A stretch of DNA of 64,000 bases from Octopus sinensis (lineage: Eukaryota): NCBI RefSeq assembly GCF_006345805.1, contig NC_043015.1, forward strand, positions 32,922,001 through 32,986,000, given 5' to 3'. Numbering within the stretch: position 1 is the first letter of the stretch; each line of letters begins with the position of its first letter. The translations under genes were made by a program, and so were the position numbers. The notes beneath the pieces were generated by a model. The model was not told where the DNA came from, did no database searches, and saw only the letters and a program-made list of their open reading frames with translations. Positions 1 through 12,351 of this stretch are shown here, one piece after another.

Positions 1-27
1 ACGTCGATTTGGTCAATCTGTTATATA

Positions 28-240
28 TTGGTTTCAAATTTTGGCACAAGGCCAGCAGTTTGATGAGGAGGAGCTAAGTTAATTTCATTGGTCCAAGTGC
101 TCAACTTGTAATTATTTTGTCGGTACCGAAACGATGGAAAAGCAAAGTCAACTTCGGTGGAATTTGAACTCAGTACGTAAGGACGGACAAAATGCCACCG
201 AACATTACACCCGGCGTGCTAACGATTCGGTCACCTCGCT
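28..240 (-). mobile_element. tRNA-derived SINE, family B (tail type 2), diverged
   Basis: Reverse complement matches the family B body (ctgagttcaaattccaccgaagttgactttgc) and ends ccttgtgccaaaatttgaaaccaa like the copy at 32325. Confidence 0.8.
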
Positions 241-489
241 ACATTTCAATTTGCTATATACTAAGAATGCAATTAGCACAAAAGAAGCCAACACCGGAGA
301 AACAAGTATAACGAATGCTGTACTGGGGCCATTCCTCGGGGAATGATTTCACTCCTTCTTTTCTGTTGGTATTTTATAATATTATCTTAATTTAAAATCT
401 AAAAAAAGTAGTATGTCTGTCATACCTGTAAGTGCTTTCTTGGTGGACTAATGATGATCAGTTAGAGCCCTACTCCCGAGATGTTAACA

Positions 490-845
490 GAAACACACAC
501 AAAAAAGGCTGTAATTCATAAATCTGTTTCTACAAACACAAAGCGGCTGGAGACGGCTAGTCGGGCAAATATGGAAGATGCGCTGAAAGACACATTGCCC
601 GACACATCTCAAAAAGCAGGTTGAGGACATTTCAGTGCTTTTCAAGACCGAAGCTCTGGTTGTCAAATACTTACTGGTTCCCTGTCGGAGTGAAAAATAT
701 GTACTTTACCCATCGTATTTAGGAAGGAGGACGGTCAGAATAAAGATTTCAGGAATTCCACCGGAAGTAAAATTATGGTGGATTTTAGCGTGTACCGTCT
801 CGGAAGGGAGTAACAACTTTCAGGAATATTCTTGTCTATTCGGAC
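490..845 (+). pseudogene. Possible LINE (L1/Tx1-like) ORF1 remnant
   Basis: Frameshifted frame ...YPSYLGRRTVRIKISGIPPEVKLWWILAC resembles gag-like ORF1 segments from memory; no zinc knuckle visible. Confidence 0.25.
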
Positions 846-1296
846 TCTTGTGAGCAATGTCGATGTTAAATGAGGTTGCTATTGATTGATTAATTCTAAT
901 CAGTCTACTGCAATTAAATGCGTTGCTAATGACTTTTACCACCTCACTTATTATATTGTATGAGTTTGAACTTGTTTTGTGATATATTGAAGTTACGTTA
1001 TTTGTTACTAATATTCTGCAACTTGACTCTATCAAACTTTGTATAAATGTTTGTTTTATAGTCTTGCACATAGATACGACATTTTTCCACAGTGATAAAT
1101 GTTCGTTTAACCTATTTTGAAAGTAATTAGTATGATTATAAAATCTTTTCTACTTTTTGACAAGTTTAATTAAATCCAATTCGAATTTTTGCATATTTTC
1201 GTATAATGAAAAATTTCTATTCGATTTGAAGCCGGATTTCTTGTCTGGGGGCATTTTTTCCATGTTTTCGTAAGAAAAAAAAAACCTTCTTTTCAT

Positions 1297-1778
1297 ATAG
1301 GTGCTGGGCGTGGCTGTGTGGTAAAAAGCTTGCTTCCCAATTTCATAGTGCCGGGTTCTGTCCCACTGCGTGGCACCTTCGGCAAATGTCTTCTACTATT
1401 GCCCCGGGCCGACCAAAGCTTAATAATTGGATTCGGTAGCTGGAAGCTGAAAGAAACCCGTCGTATACATGTGTACGTGTGTGTGTTTGTGCGTGTTTGT
1501 GTGTGTCTTTGTGTATGTTTATGTATGTTTGTGTATCTGTGTGAGCGTGTGTGTGTATGTGTATACGTGTGTGTGTGTTTGTGTTTGTGTTTGTCCTCTA
1601 TCATTGCTTGACAACCGATGTTGGTGTATGTATGTCCCCGTAACTTAGCGGTTCGGCAAAAGTAACTGATAAGTACCAGACTTAACAAAAAATAAATACC
1701 GATGTCGATTCATTCGACTAAAATTCCTCAAGGTAGTGCCCCAGCATGGCCGCAGTCTAATGACTGTAACAAGTAAAA
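1297..1778 (+). mobile_element. tRNA-derived SINE, family A (CORE-like), near full length with internal (TG)n
   Basis: tRNA-like head (gtggctgtgtggtaa...gggttctgtccc), then gtggcaccttcggcaaatgtctt resembling the start of the CORE domain, central microsatellite, tail ...atgactgtaacaagtaaaa; many similar copies in the window. Confidence 0.85.
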
Positions 1779-1983
1779 TTTAAGAAAATAAAAAATTATT
1801 GATGGTAAGTTCTGTTCTCTTTATCGGGCTTTCGATAGAATTACTTTTGTGCTACCATAGATACACCAAAAGACATTGAATTCTGCTGAAAAAGCAGCCG
1901 AGGCAATTGTGGCCCTTAATTGCAATTATACTCGATTAAAACTGACCAGAAGGTAAGCAATAGAAACCTCACCAACCTCTTCT

Positions 1984-2390
1984 AGGCTGGGCAGAAACGT
2001 TAGCACGCCGGGCGAAATGCGTAGCCGTATTTCGTCTGCCGATATGTTCTGAGTTCAAATTCCACCGAGGTCGACTTTGCCTTTCATCCTTTCGGGGTCG
2101 ATTAAGTAAGTACCAGTTACGCACTGGGATCGATGTAATCGACTTAATTCGTTTGTCTGTCCTTGTTTGTCCTCTCTGTGTTTAACCCCTTGTGGGTAGT
2201 AAAGAAATAGTATTTCGCCCGTCTTTACGTTGTGAGTTCAAATTCCGCCGAGGTCGAATTTGCCTTTCATCCTTTCGGGGTCGATAAATTAAGTACCAGT
2301 TACGCACCGGGGTCGATGTAATCGACTTAATTCGTTTGTCTGTTCTTGTTTGTCCCCTCTGTGTTTAACCCCTTGTGGGTAATAAAGAAA
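1984..2390 (+). mobile_element. SINE family B head-to-tail dimer (tail type 1)
   Basis: Two adjacent copies of gagttcaaattcc(a/g)ccgaggtcga..tttgcctttcatcctttcggggtcgat...ccttgtgggta(g/a)taaagaaa; the second is 5'-truncated. Confidence 0.9.
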
Positions 2391-3272
2391 CACTAGGCCG
2401 CTGATCTTAATGCTACCCAAGCTTTCTTACGCTGTTCCCAAATTTTAATCCACCCCGCCTCTCAGTATTTCGCACAGCCTCCTGAAGGCTATTACTTTGA
2501 ATAGCCACACCCCCTCTACGTCGTTGTTGTTGCTACAAATTGCCTCCACCTCGCTGTTAGTTACTGACAAGTGTCCAGAACGGTTTGATTGAAGGTTTGG
2601 CTGAAGAAACAAATATGTAAAAAAATATTATTCTAAGGAAACGGTGGAACGGTGCTGTCATTTCGCTAATTGTAGGATGTCTCAATAACATTAACGTGTT
2701 AGCAGCTGAGGGTAGAGGGAATTTATAAGGGATTGGTTGAGAAGGAGAAAGGGTCGATAAAGCCAAAAAAGAAAAACGAGAGAGACAGAGAGGGGGTGGG
2801 TGGAGAAAAGCGTTGGTTGATGGGCGGAGGCAAGGGGAGGAAGGGGAGGGTAGAAGCAGGGAGGAACAAGGTGTGATTGATGGGAGGAGGAGACTAAAGA
2901 GTGTGGTTGTAGGAGATTGTGTGGAGGAAGAATAGGGAAAGGGGTGGTATAAAGATATAGGGAGGAAGGGAGAGGAGGGACGTCTGAGAAAGGAAATAAT
3001 GGAGAAGGGAAAGAAGAAAGAGAGAGAGAGAGAGAAGGGGAAGAAGAGGACAGCGAGAAAAGCCACAGAGAATGTAACAGGGTATGGCCTGGGAGGGGGG
3101 CGTTCGGGGAAAGGTGTAGGAAGTCATAGGTGTGAGTGAGGGAGGTGGTGGTGGTGTGAGAAAATAAACAGTGGGGAGAGGTAAGGAGACGTGAAGAGGA
3201 TGAAGGAGATGGATGGTGGCGGGAGGGAGGGAGGAGAGATGCTAAACAGGAAAGGTGGGAAAGTATACGATG

Positions 3273-3311
<39 letters not shown>

Positions 3312-3643
3312 GGATAGACGGACAGATAATAGAGGTGGGGAGGGGGGGATGAAGGGATATACAGAGAGAAGCGAATCGGAAGAACGAAAAGAAAGAAAAC
3401 TAAAAGAATGAAAAGCATGAAAGAAAGAATTTAAAGTAAAAAGAATTGGAGAAAAATAGATAACAAGTAAAAGAAAAGTCTGTGTGTGTGTGTGTGTGTG
3501 TGTACATGTATCCATCTATCAATATATATATGTACATATATATATATATTAGTATACATATTTATCTGTTTGTTTGTTTGTTTATCTATCTATTATCTCT
3601 CTCTCTTTCTCTCTCCCCCTCTCCATATATATATATATATATA

Positions 3644-3950
3644 TACTCTTTTACTCTTTTTACTTGTTTCAGTCATTGACTGGCCTCGCAGCGCGCGAGA
3701 CTGCGCGCACAGCAGCCGTTAAGTCGAGCAAATCGACCCCGGGACTTCTTCATTGTAAGTCTAGTACTTACTTATTCTATTGGTCTGTTTTGCCGAACCG
3801 CAAAGTTTCCGTCTACCAAATCCACTCACAAGGCTTTCGTCGGCCCGAAGCTATAGAAGACACTTGCCAAAGGTGCAACGCAGTGGGGCTGAACTCGGAC
3901 CCATGTGGTTGGTAAGCATGCTATTTACCTCACAGCCACTCGTGCCCCTA
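3644..3950 (-). mobile_element. SINE family A with internal deletion of the central microsatellite region
   Basis: Tail and head of family A on the minus strand joined at ccgcaa|agtttccgtc. Confidence 0.8.
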
Positions 3951-3951
3951 A

Positions 3952-4050
<99 letters not shown>

Positions 4051-4069
4051 ATCATGCATATATGGGTAC

Positions 4070-4260
4070 AGGACGTCATAAACCGTAAACAGCAAGAAAT
4101 ACGAAAACAAAAGTGTTGAGTACATAAACAACGAGAGGAACAAATGGAAAACAGGACAAGTAACACTGTCCATCTACTCCTTATTTCGAGCATTGAACGA
4201 CAATATGAGTCTTCGAAGGGCAGTTGCTCCTGCAAACCAAGATAAAATTTGGGATTTGCG
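4070..4260 (-). mobile_element. Degenerate short hammerhead-bearing element (Penelope pLTR-like)
   Basis: Minus strand cctt-CGAAGA-..ATTG tcgtt CAAT gctc-GAAA-taagg, followed by gttcctctcgttgttt, similar to the motif after the hammerheads at 10551 and 42728. Confidence 0.4.
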
Positions 4261-5031
4261 GAGAGTCAAAGTTAGTAACAACAACAGGAAAACCAAACGG
4301 AAACAAACATGCGGGGTCGTTAGGCCAGACGAAGGTAAAATAGCGAACGCTGGAGAAATTTTCTCTTTGACAAGAGGAAATATAGAAGAGAGAGACAGAT
4401 GGGATACGTGCAGTCTCTATGACAGCAGTGAGGAAAAGAGAGATCATCACGTGAGGAAAAGAAGGATGGACGATGGTCACCTGTGAGCAACGAGAGAGAG
4501 AGAGAGAGTGTGTGTGTGTGCAAAGGAGGGCGAGAGAGCGAGACAGATAGAAAGAAAGCGGTGAAGGGAAGAAGAAACCGGTATTAGAGAAAGGATAAGA
4601 GAGAAAGCGAAAGGGGGAGAGAGAAAAGTAAAGGTAGAGTCGCATCAAAAATATTAAGATAAACTTACGTATAAATGACTAAATATGAACTCCTATCGGA
4701 ATTGAAATACCACGGACAAGAAGCATTTCTACCATTTCTACACACCAGTTTCCTTGGATAATAGAACTGTAACTATTACATCCCACATATATTTTTTATC
4801 TTTTTTCGTATTCCCTTATTTCCCTTTATACTTCTTATTTCCATCCTTTTCCAAAATAACTCCCTATATATAACTCTGCAATTTCTTTCTATTTAACCAT
4901 CTCACACCGTCTCTGATAAAGGGATATTCCTAATATCCCAGAAACAGCTGTTAATAAATGTCTTAATAAATGTCCTGAAAATTCCTGAAAATTCCACACA
5001 GCCTTGGGTTTGTCCTCTCATTTTATTTAAC

Positions 5032-5066
<35 letters not shown>

Positions 5067-5093
5067 TGTATGTATATACATATATATATATAC

Positions 5094-5132
<39 letters not shown>

Positions 5133-5302
5133 GATATAGATACATATATATATATATATATACACACATACATACATACATACATACATACATTAGGCAG
5201 CTGTCTTCTACTTTATACCTCGGTCGACCAATATATAATGAGTTAATTTCGTTGACGGAAACTGTGTGGAAGCCCATCCTGTATATATATATATATATAT
5301 AT

Positions 5303-5690
5303 GAGGAGGGGACCCAACCCGGAACCATGTGGTTTAGAAGGAAACTTAGCACACTGCTAAGCCTGCGATAGATTCTATGATACTTTACAAATGTGGGCAC
5401 TTTGGGCAAGCGTCTTTCACAATGGCCCCGGGCCTACCAAAGCCTTGTGGGTGGATTTGGTAGACAGAAACTGAAAGAAGCCTATAGTATATACGAGTGT
5501 GTATGTTTGTGTTTGCTCCCAACCACCATTTGGTAACCAGTGCTGGATTGTTTAAGCCCCCGGATAAAGAGACTAACAGAATAAGCCGCAGATTTTTAAA
5601 TGCATACGGGATTTGTTTTGTTCGACTTCAAGATGGTGCCCCAACACGGTCGCAGTCCAATGATTGTAACAGGTAACGCATAAAATACAA
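5303..5690 (+). mobile_element. SINE family A, diverged, with inverted 5' head
   Basis: 5303-5372 is the head on the minus strand; 5393-5690 continues from gtgg(g)cactttgggcaag to the tail on the plus strand. Confidence 0.65.
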
Positions 5691-5956
5691 ACCTCAACAG
5701 CGTATATTTAGTCACATCGACTACATCCCGTATAGTATACAATAACACAGAGTCTACACTCGTCATTGTAGAAGTCATCCATTGGTTGGAGTCTATTCTT
5801 GTCGAAGAACAGATCTGACAAATGCTGCTTTCACCAACGGATCAAATAACATTGGCCGAGATTTAGTGAGATTGTACGAGATCGGATTTCCAATTAAGCG
5901 TGAGTCCGCACTGTCGTTATACAGAATACTAGATTTACGTACGTGTGTCTGGGTGA

Positions 5957-5990
<34 letters not shown>

Positions 5991-6056
5991 TCACACACAC
6001 CTATATACATACAAGCATACACAATACATACATATGATATATATATATATATATAA

Positions 6057-6089
<33 letters not shown>

Positions 6090-6292
6090 TGAGACGTATA
6101 TGCATTCGCACAAACAGACACACTCAAAAAATAAACATATGCATATATACACTCGCATGCCTTCAATTTAAAAGTATATGGACCTAAAGCTACACATTGA
6201 GAAAAACAAAACATCGAATGTATGTATGTATATATATTTTATATGTATATATGTACATAGGTACGTATAAGTATTTATATATACATATACAC

Positions 6293-6358
<66 letters not shown>

Positions 6359-7713
6359 CATACATACGTACATATCACGCACTCATACATTACAACATAT
6401 ATATATTCAATACAAAAATACCTCACACACATGCAAATACACTAACACGCTGTATATTTGTATGCAAGTATGTGTTTGTGTGTATATGTAGGTGTGTATA
6501 TATGTGTGCGTGTGTGTGTGTGTGTGAATGTTTGTGTATGTATGTAAGCATGCATGCATGTATGTATGTAAGCCCTGAAATTAAACAAACACACCCAGAG
6601 CAGATCTTCCCAGGGACGGTCCATGGACGATCCTTGTTGTCCCACCCCCGTTCACATTCAATTAAAAATGTCAGAGTAGACGTGTAAGGAAAGGGTTCAA
6701 CAGGAGTACCTACTACTAATTATGATGGTAGAGGTAGTGGTGGTGTGGTGGCGGTGGTGGCTATGATGGTGTTACTGGGAGGGATGGGGTTGTGGAAGTG
6801 GTTTCGGTTGTGGTATTGATGGCGGTGCATGTAGAGATGTTTGTCGAGGTTGCGGTTGTGGTGGTGATAGTAGTGGTGGTGATCCTTGTAGTGCTTGATG
6901 ATGGTGGTGGCGATGGTGGAGACTGTGGTGGTAGAGAGTGTAGTGGTAGAGGTCGTGGTGGTGGTGTAGTGGTGGTGGTGGTAGTGGAGGTAAGGATTGG
7001 GTTAGTGGTGGTGTTGATGTTACTTGTGGCTATGGCATTTTTTGCGGTGTTTTTCGTAGCAATGTTAGTGGTGGTGGTGGTGGTGGTGGTGGTATAGGTT
7101 ATTGTTGTGATGACGGTAGTATTGATGTGGTTGTTGTTGGTGGTGGTGGTGGCAGTACTAGTAATGGCTGAGTGTATGTGTGTAGTGTGTGTCTCGGGAG
7201 TGGGAAGGACGAGAGGAATCTGTGTCTGTCTTGAAAGAGGAAGGGAGGAGTTAGTTTATCCTCAGCTAAGACACTGACAACCCTTTCGCCACCCCTGGTC
7301 CACTTTCCTATTCCCTCCCACCCACCTCCATACACCACCCCCACCCCCATCCCCCACTCACACACACATCCAACAGCCATCACTGCCAATTTATCCATCG
7401 GTTAAAGTCACAAATTTCCAACATGAAACTAGATACATAAACACAGACACACACACACACACACACCCACACACATAAACACACATACATCTATACATCT
7501 ACACACTCGCACCCACATATGCATTCTCTTCACCCCTTCTTTCTCTTTGTTTATCCACCCCTATCTCCCTCCACCCTAATATATACCCTTCCCATCTCTT
7601 TCTTTTCTTTTCGCTGTATTTGCCTAGTTAGTTTTTTTCTAAATATATTTTACTATTTTTATTTATTTTAATGTTTATCTTTATTTTAATCTTATTATTT
7701 TCTCATCAGATCA

Positions 7714-7866
7714 AGGCGGCGAACAGCCAGAATCGTTCACATGCCGGAAAAAACGCTTAGCAGTATTTCGTCCGCTATTACATTCTGAGGTCAAATTCTG
7801 CCCAAAGTCGACTTTACTTTTTATCCATCAGGGTTGCTGGAATAAGGACCAATTTTGCACTGGGGT
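7714..7866 (+). mobile_element. SINE family B, 3'-truncated
   Basis: ggcggcgaacagccagaatcgtt...ctgaggtcaaattctgcccaaagtcgactt...gcactgggg. Confidence 0.75.
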
Positions 7867-7900
7867 AAGATTTGAGCTTTCTAAGCTCAAATCTTACCCC
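7862..7900. repeat. Perfect 18-bp inverted repeat with 3-nt loop
   Basis: ggggtaagatttgagctt TCT aagctcaaatcttacccc. Confidence 0.95.
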
Positions 7901-7954
7901 CATCAGATTTTTCTTACCTGTTTTGATGGTTGATTAAATAAGTACCAGTAATAT

Positions 7955-8125
7955 GCTGGTTTCAAATTTTGGCACAAGGTCAGCAATTTCTCAGGGAGTA
8001 GGTAAATCGATTACATTGACCACAGTGCTCAACTGGTACGAAAGGGTAAAAGGCAAAGTCGACCTCGGCAGGATTTGAACTCAGAACGCAAAGGCGGAAA
8101 AAATGCCTCTAAGTATTTGGCCCGG
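7955..8125 (-). mobile_element. SINE family B (tail type 2)
   Basis: ttcaaattttggcacaagg...ggcaaagtcgacctcggcaggatttgaactcagaacg. Confidence 0.8.
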
Positions 8126-8727
8126 TTTGAGAAAAAACATCAACAAGTTTCATAAAGAATTAGCCAGATCTTGGAAAACAGAAACACCTATGTTCACAGT
8201 GGACAAATAATAAAAAAAGGTCGTGTGAAAATTCTCTAAAAATATTATAGACCCGAGTTTTACTATATTTAAACCGCGCACATGTCTGTATTTGTTAGTG
8301 ATTTCTCAGTGACTTTACAGTGTAACATTTTAGCTTTCTGCTAGCTTCTGCATAGAATTATTTGTTGTGGTCATGCGTAGCAATTATGTCCAGTATATTT
8401 CATCAGGTGGTCTGTTCCTAAACTCCGTGACATTTGTCTGGTGTATATTTTATTGTCTTTATATTTTATTTAGTGATCTGAACGATAGGATTTGAAAATA
8501 TAGACCAGATCATTGAGAGTGGTTTGCATGAAGTGGTGAAGGTAAATCTGTCTCATATTTGAGCTCAATGACGATAAGTATGAGCACCACCACATTCTCT
8601 TTGAGGTAGGAATACCGGATAACCAAATGTATGCTGAGCAGCTTGGCTATGCTCTTGTGTCCACAAGAATATTCTGAGAGAATACCACACAAACCATATT
8701 TGTTATTTATGCATTATTGGTTCTATC

Positions 8728-8830
8728 TCTGGCGTGGCTGTGTGGTATGAAGTTTGCTTCCAAACCACACGGGCCGACCAAAACCTTGCGAATGGTCTTG
8801 GTTGATGGAAACTGAAAAAAGCCTAATGTA
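8728..8830 (+). mobile_element. SINE family A, partial and deleted
   Basis: tggcgtggctgtgtggtatgaagtttgcttcccaaaccacacgggccgaccaaaaccttg. Confidence 0.65.
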
Positions 8831-9199
8831 TATATGTATCTGCATGTCTGTTTGTGCACGCGCGTGCATATGCATATACATATATCTATGTGTAAACTTG
8901 TTCTTAATTACCCACAGAATATGAGAACAAACTATTTTAATTTTCAATTTTTTCTTTTTCCCAAATTCTTGACATCAATTTTTAATATTTGATAAGATGG
9001 ACATACGCTTTGAAACCGGTAATATTTTATAAAAGTCACTCAATGCAACAAATATAAAAATATCCGGTCCGACTAAAAGAAAAAAAAGTTTTTAAAATCT
9101 TTAATTATACTTCTGTGTAGTTTCCACCTTTACATATTTCATAAAACCTTTAATTTGTATGGATTCTTAACCCCTTTTCAATTATACATACATACACAC

Positions 9200-9335
9200 A
9201 TACACGACAAGCTTCCCACAAATTTCGCCTACCAAATTCACTTCTAAGGCGTTATCCGTACAACATGCCGGGCTGTGGCACTGAAACCGAGACCATATAG
9301 TTAAAAACGAACTTCTCAGCCACACAGTCATTGTT
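9200..9335 (-). mobile_element. SINE family A 5' half, diverged
   Basis: Reverse complement gactgtgtggctgagaagttcgtttttaactatatggtctcggtttcagtgccacagc...gaatttggtaggcg. Confidence 0.55.
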
Positions 9336-9806
9336 TCACCTATATGTAATGCATGTACACATACATACGGATAGACGAATGGACGGATATTCATCTTAAG
9401 CGATAGGATTTTTTTAACAGTAAACAATTACGTGAAATAAATCCCCAGAGCTTTCCGACTTCTGCGCTGAGGAATCACTTCATCTGATTTCCCTACTTTA
9501 AACGACATTTGTAGGTCAGGTGTTTGATTTATATTTAGATAGATGTCTGCATGTTGTACCAGAGTTCACATATCACGACGATTTTCCCGAGATATGCATC
9601 ATACATACATGTGTGTGTGTGTGTGTGGTGTGTGGTGTGTGTGTGTTGTGTGTGTGTGCGTGCGTGTGTGTATGCACACATATACGTACGTTTGTATGTT
9701 GTTTTCTTCATACACACTCACATGTATGTGTGTGTATATGTATGTGTGTGTATATATATATGTATATATATATATATATATTTATTTATATATATATATA
9801 CATATA

Positions 9807-10385
9807 CATCAACCCCAGTGCTAAACTGGTATTCATTTTATCGACCCCAGAAGAATGAAAGGCAAAGTTAACCCCGGAGTCATTTGAAGCTAGTACTTAA
9901 AGACGGACGAAATGCCGCTAAGCATTTTGACCGGCGTGCTAGCGATTCTTATTTCTTCATTGCCCACAAGGCGTTAAACATAGAGGGGACAAACAAGGAC
10001 ATTAAGTCGATTACATCGGCCCCACTGCGTAACTGGTTCTTAATTTATCGACCCCGAAAGTATGAAAGGCAAAGTCGACCTCTGCAAAATTTGAACTCAG
10101 AACGTAACGTCAGACGAAATACCGCTAAGCATTTGGCCGGGCTAACTAACGTCTCTTATTTCTTTACTACCCATAAGAGGTTACACACAGAGGGGACAAA
10201 CAAGGACAGACAAACAGATTAAGTCGATTATATCGACTCCAGTGCGTAACTGGTACTTATTTAATCGACCCCGAAAGGATGAAAGGCAAAGTCGACCTCG
10301 GCGGAATTTGAACTCAGAACGTAGCGGCAGCCGAAATACCGCTAAGCATTTCGCCCGGCGTGCTAACGATTCTGCCAGCTCGCCA
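9807..10385 (-). mobile_element. SINE family B head-to-tail trimer
   Basis: Three successive copies of aactggt...tcgacccc..gaaaggcaaagt....ttgaa..cag.ac; only the copy ending at 10385 has the complete head. Confidence 0.9.
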
Positions 10386-10484
10386 CCTTTCTCTCTGACA
10401 AATATTGACGTATTCTTCCGCTTTTATGAAGAACTAAGAGATTTAGGAGTTTTGAAGTCGACAGCTATATATATGTGACCGCGT

Positions 10485-10678
10485 GTGTACCGTTGGCGAT
10501 TTTTTTTTCCTCTGTCTTCCCTTCTCTGGATCTTTCCTTCTCCTATGTTTCCGACGAAGAGCTCCGCTCGAAACGTTACACCCTCCTTCTTTCTTTCTTT
10601 CCTGAGCGTCCAATTATACTATATTTGTTCCACGTCCTCGCGTTGTGTTTTTTTGTGCTTTCTTGTTTGGATTAACTT
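10485..10678 (+). mobile_element. Short hammerhead-bearing element, core mutated
   Basis: CCGACGA-A-GAGC-tcc-GCTC-GAAA-C-GTT at 10551-10577; flanks align with the 42660-42855 copy (cgttggcg..ttttttcctc; ccacgtcctcgcgttgt). Confidence 0.7.
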
Positions 10679-11334
10679 TATATATATATACATACATGCA
10701 TGCATACATACATACATACATACATACATACATACATACATACATACATACATGCATACAAACATACGTACGTAGTACTCGCATGCATATGTACTTACCA
10801 TCGATAGCATAGCCTCCCACCCACTTTAGAAGAGTTGATAAACAGTGTGGTTCCTGCTACCACGTATAACGAAGACAACCGAAAGTTTGACTTTACGGAA
10901 CACAGACACAATATTTATATATCACCTGATAAAAACACAAGATCTCATGATGCAGAGAAATGGTTACATAACTAAATACATACGGACCTGGAGAACTGCG
11001 TTGTATAGAAACAATTGTAGTGATTACAAATAAATGTTCCTCTGTACTCCTTCTTGTTCACTCTAACTTATTCAATTGTCCATCCACACACGAGAAACGT
11101 CTCCACGCAAATCTGGCGGTAGGTATAATACTACCGTTGGATAGCACTGCATGAAATCTGAAGGTAAACGAGCATTATACTGTATACATTATTCTGTTAC
11201 TCAGACGATCGGGAACGTGAAACTCTGAATAACGGTTTTTGTGATATTTTTACTGCTTTTTGATAGAGCATATCACTCTACCTCTGGTATTTGAGTACTA
11301 TTTGTATATATATATATATACATATGTATATATT

Positions 11335-11382
<48 letters not shown>

Positions 11383-11384
11383 CG

Positions 11385-12055
11385 GTATATCTGATTGGCC
11401 CCCGTGAATGTTGCCATAATCCTTGCCTTCAGTTCAATTTTGTTGGTCTGTCGCTCAACAACGCCCCACACATAATAATCAAGTGGGGTGCAGACTAGAA
11501 AGTTAGGTGGCTAGATGTTAAGGATGATGTGTTCGCAAAAATTGTCTGATACCATGACTGGGTTCTCCTGCTTGTGTGGCATAGCGCAAAGTCCTGTCGC
11601 TAGACATAAGGTCTTCCAGCAGCCTCACTCGTGACCCAGGGCAGTACTACCTCCTCCAGGCACTTAATGTAGGCCTCCATGTTGAGTCTGAGGCCCTGTG
11701 AGAAAGTGAATGGAGGCAGTATAACGTCGCCATCACAAGTGATCACTCCAAACACCATGTCGTGGACTGGATGTTTGATTTTTATCACTCTCGGTGCATG
11801 CCCTCAGACTGCACTGTCCTCAGATTGACACCCAAACGCTCTGAAATGTTTGTACTGGAGTGTCCGGCGCGAATGCCAAGCAGTGCAGCACGCCGTTTCC
11901 AAATTTCTGGCAGAGTGAATTGCGACATGGTGTTGTTTTTCTCACAGATGGTGCCCGACTGATCCTACTATACTGTGTAGTCGACAAAATCAAGAACAAA
12001 CAACGCGCACGCGCGAAATTTAAAATATAAAATGGCGACAGTTTACCCATCGCAC
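11385..12055 (-). mobile_element. Tc1/mariner transposon remnant, DD37D (maT-like), internally deleted
   Basis: N-terminal MSQFTLPEIWKRRAALLGIRAGHSSTNISERLGVNLRTVQ joined to KHPVHDMVFGVITCDGDV...GRPYV*RQD[37 aa]PLDYYVWG; contains stops and a frameshift. Confidence 0.85.
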
Positions 12056-12072
12056 TTTTGTGTATACATACA

Positions 12073-12133
<61 letters not shown>

Positions 12134-12280
12134 GTGAGAGAGGAAAAGAAGCGAGAGGAAAAGAAAGTAGGTGGTATGTTAGATATGAAAGTTAATGCGT
12201 TGAAGTTCATTGTGACTATGCACACACATACACATACACACACACATAGGCACGCACACACACACACACATACACACACA

Positions 12281-12351
<71 letters not shown>

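Noticed and set aside
880-1230. Possible GIY-YIG remnant on the minus strand (FQNRLNEHL)
   Set aside because: Only one short motif; no GIY or YIG recognisable.
2595-2650. CTGAAGA...GAAAC hammerhead-like motif
   Set aside because: Stems I and II are too poorly paired to support.
8130-8250. Possible additional R4 endonuclease fragment (ELARSWKTETP)
   Set aside because: Too short and degenerate.
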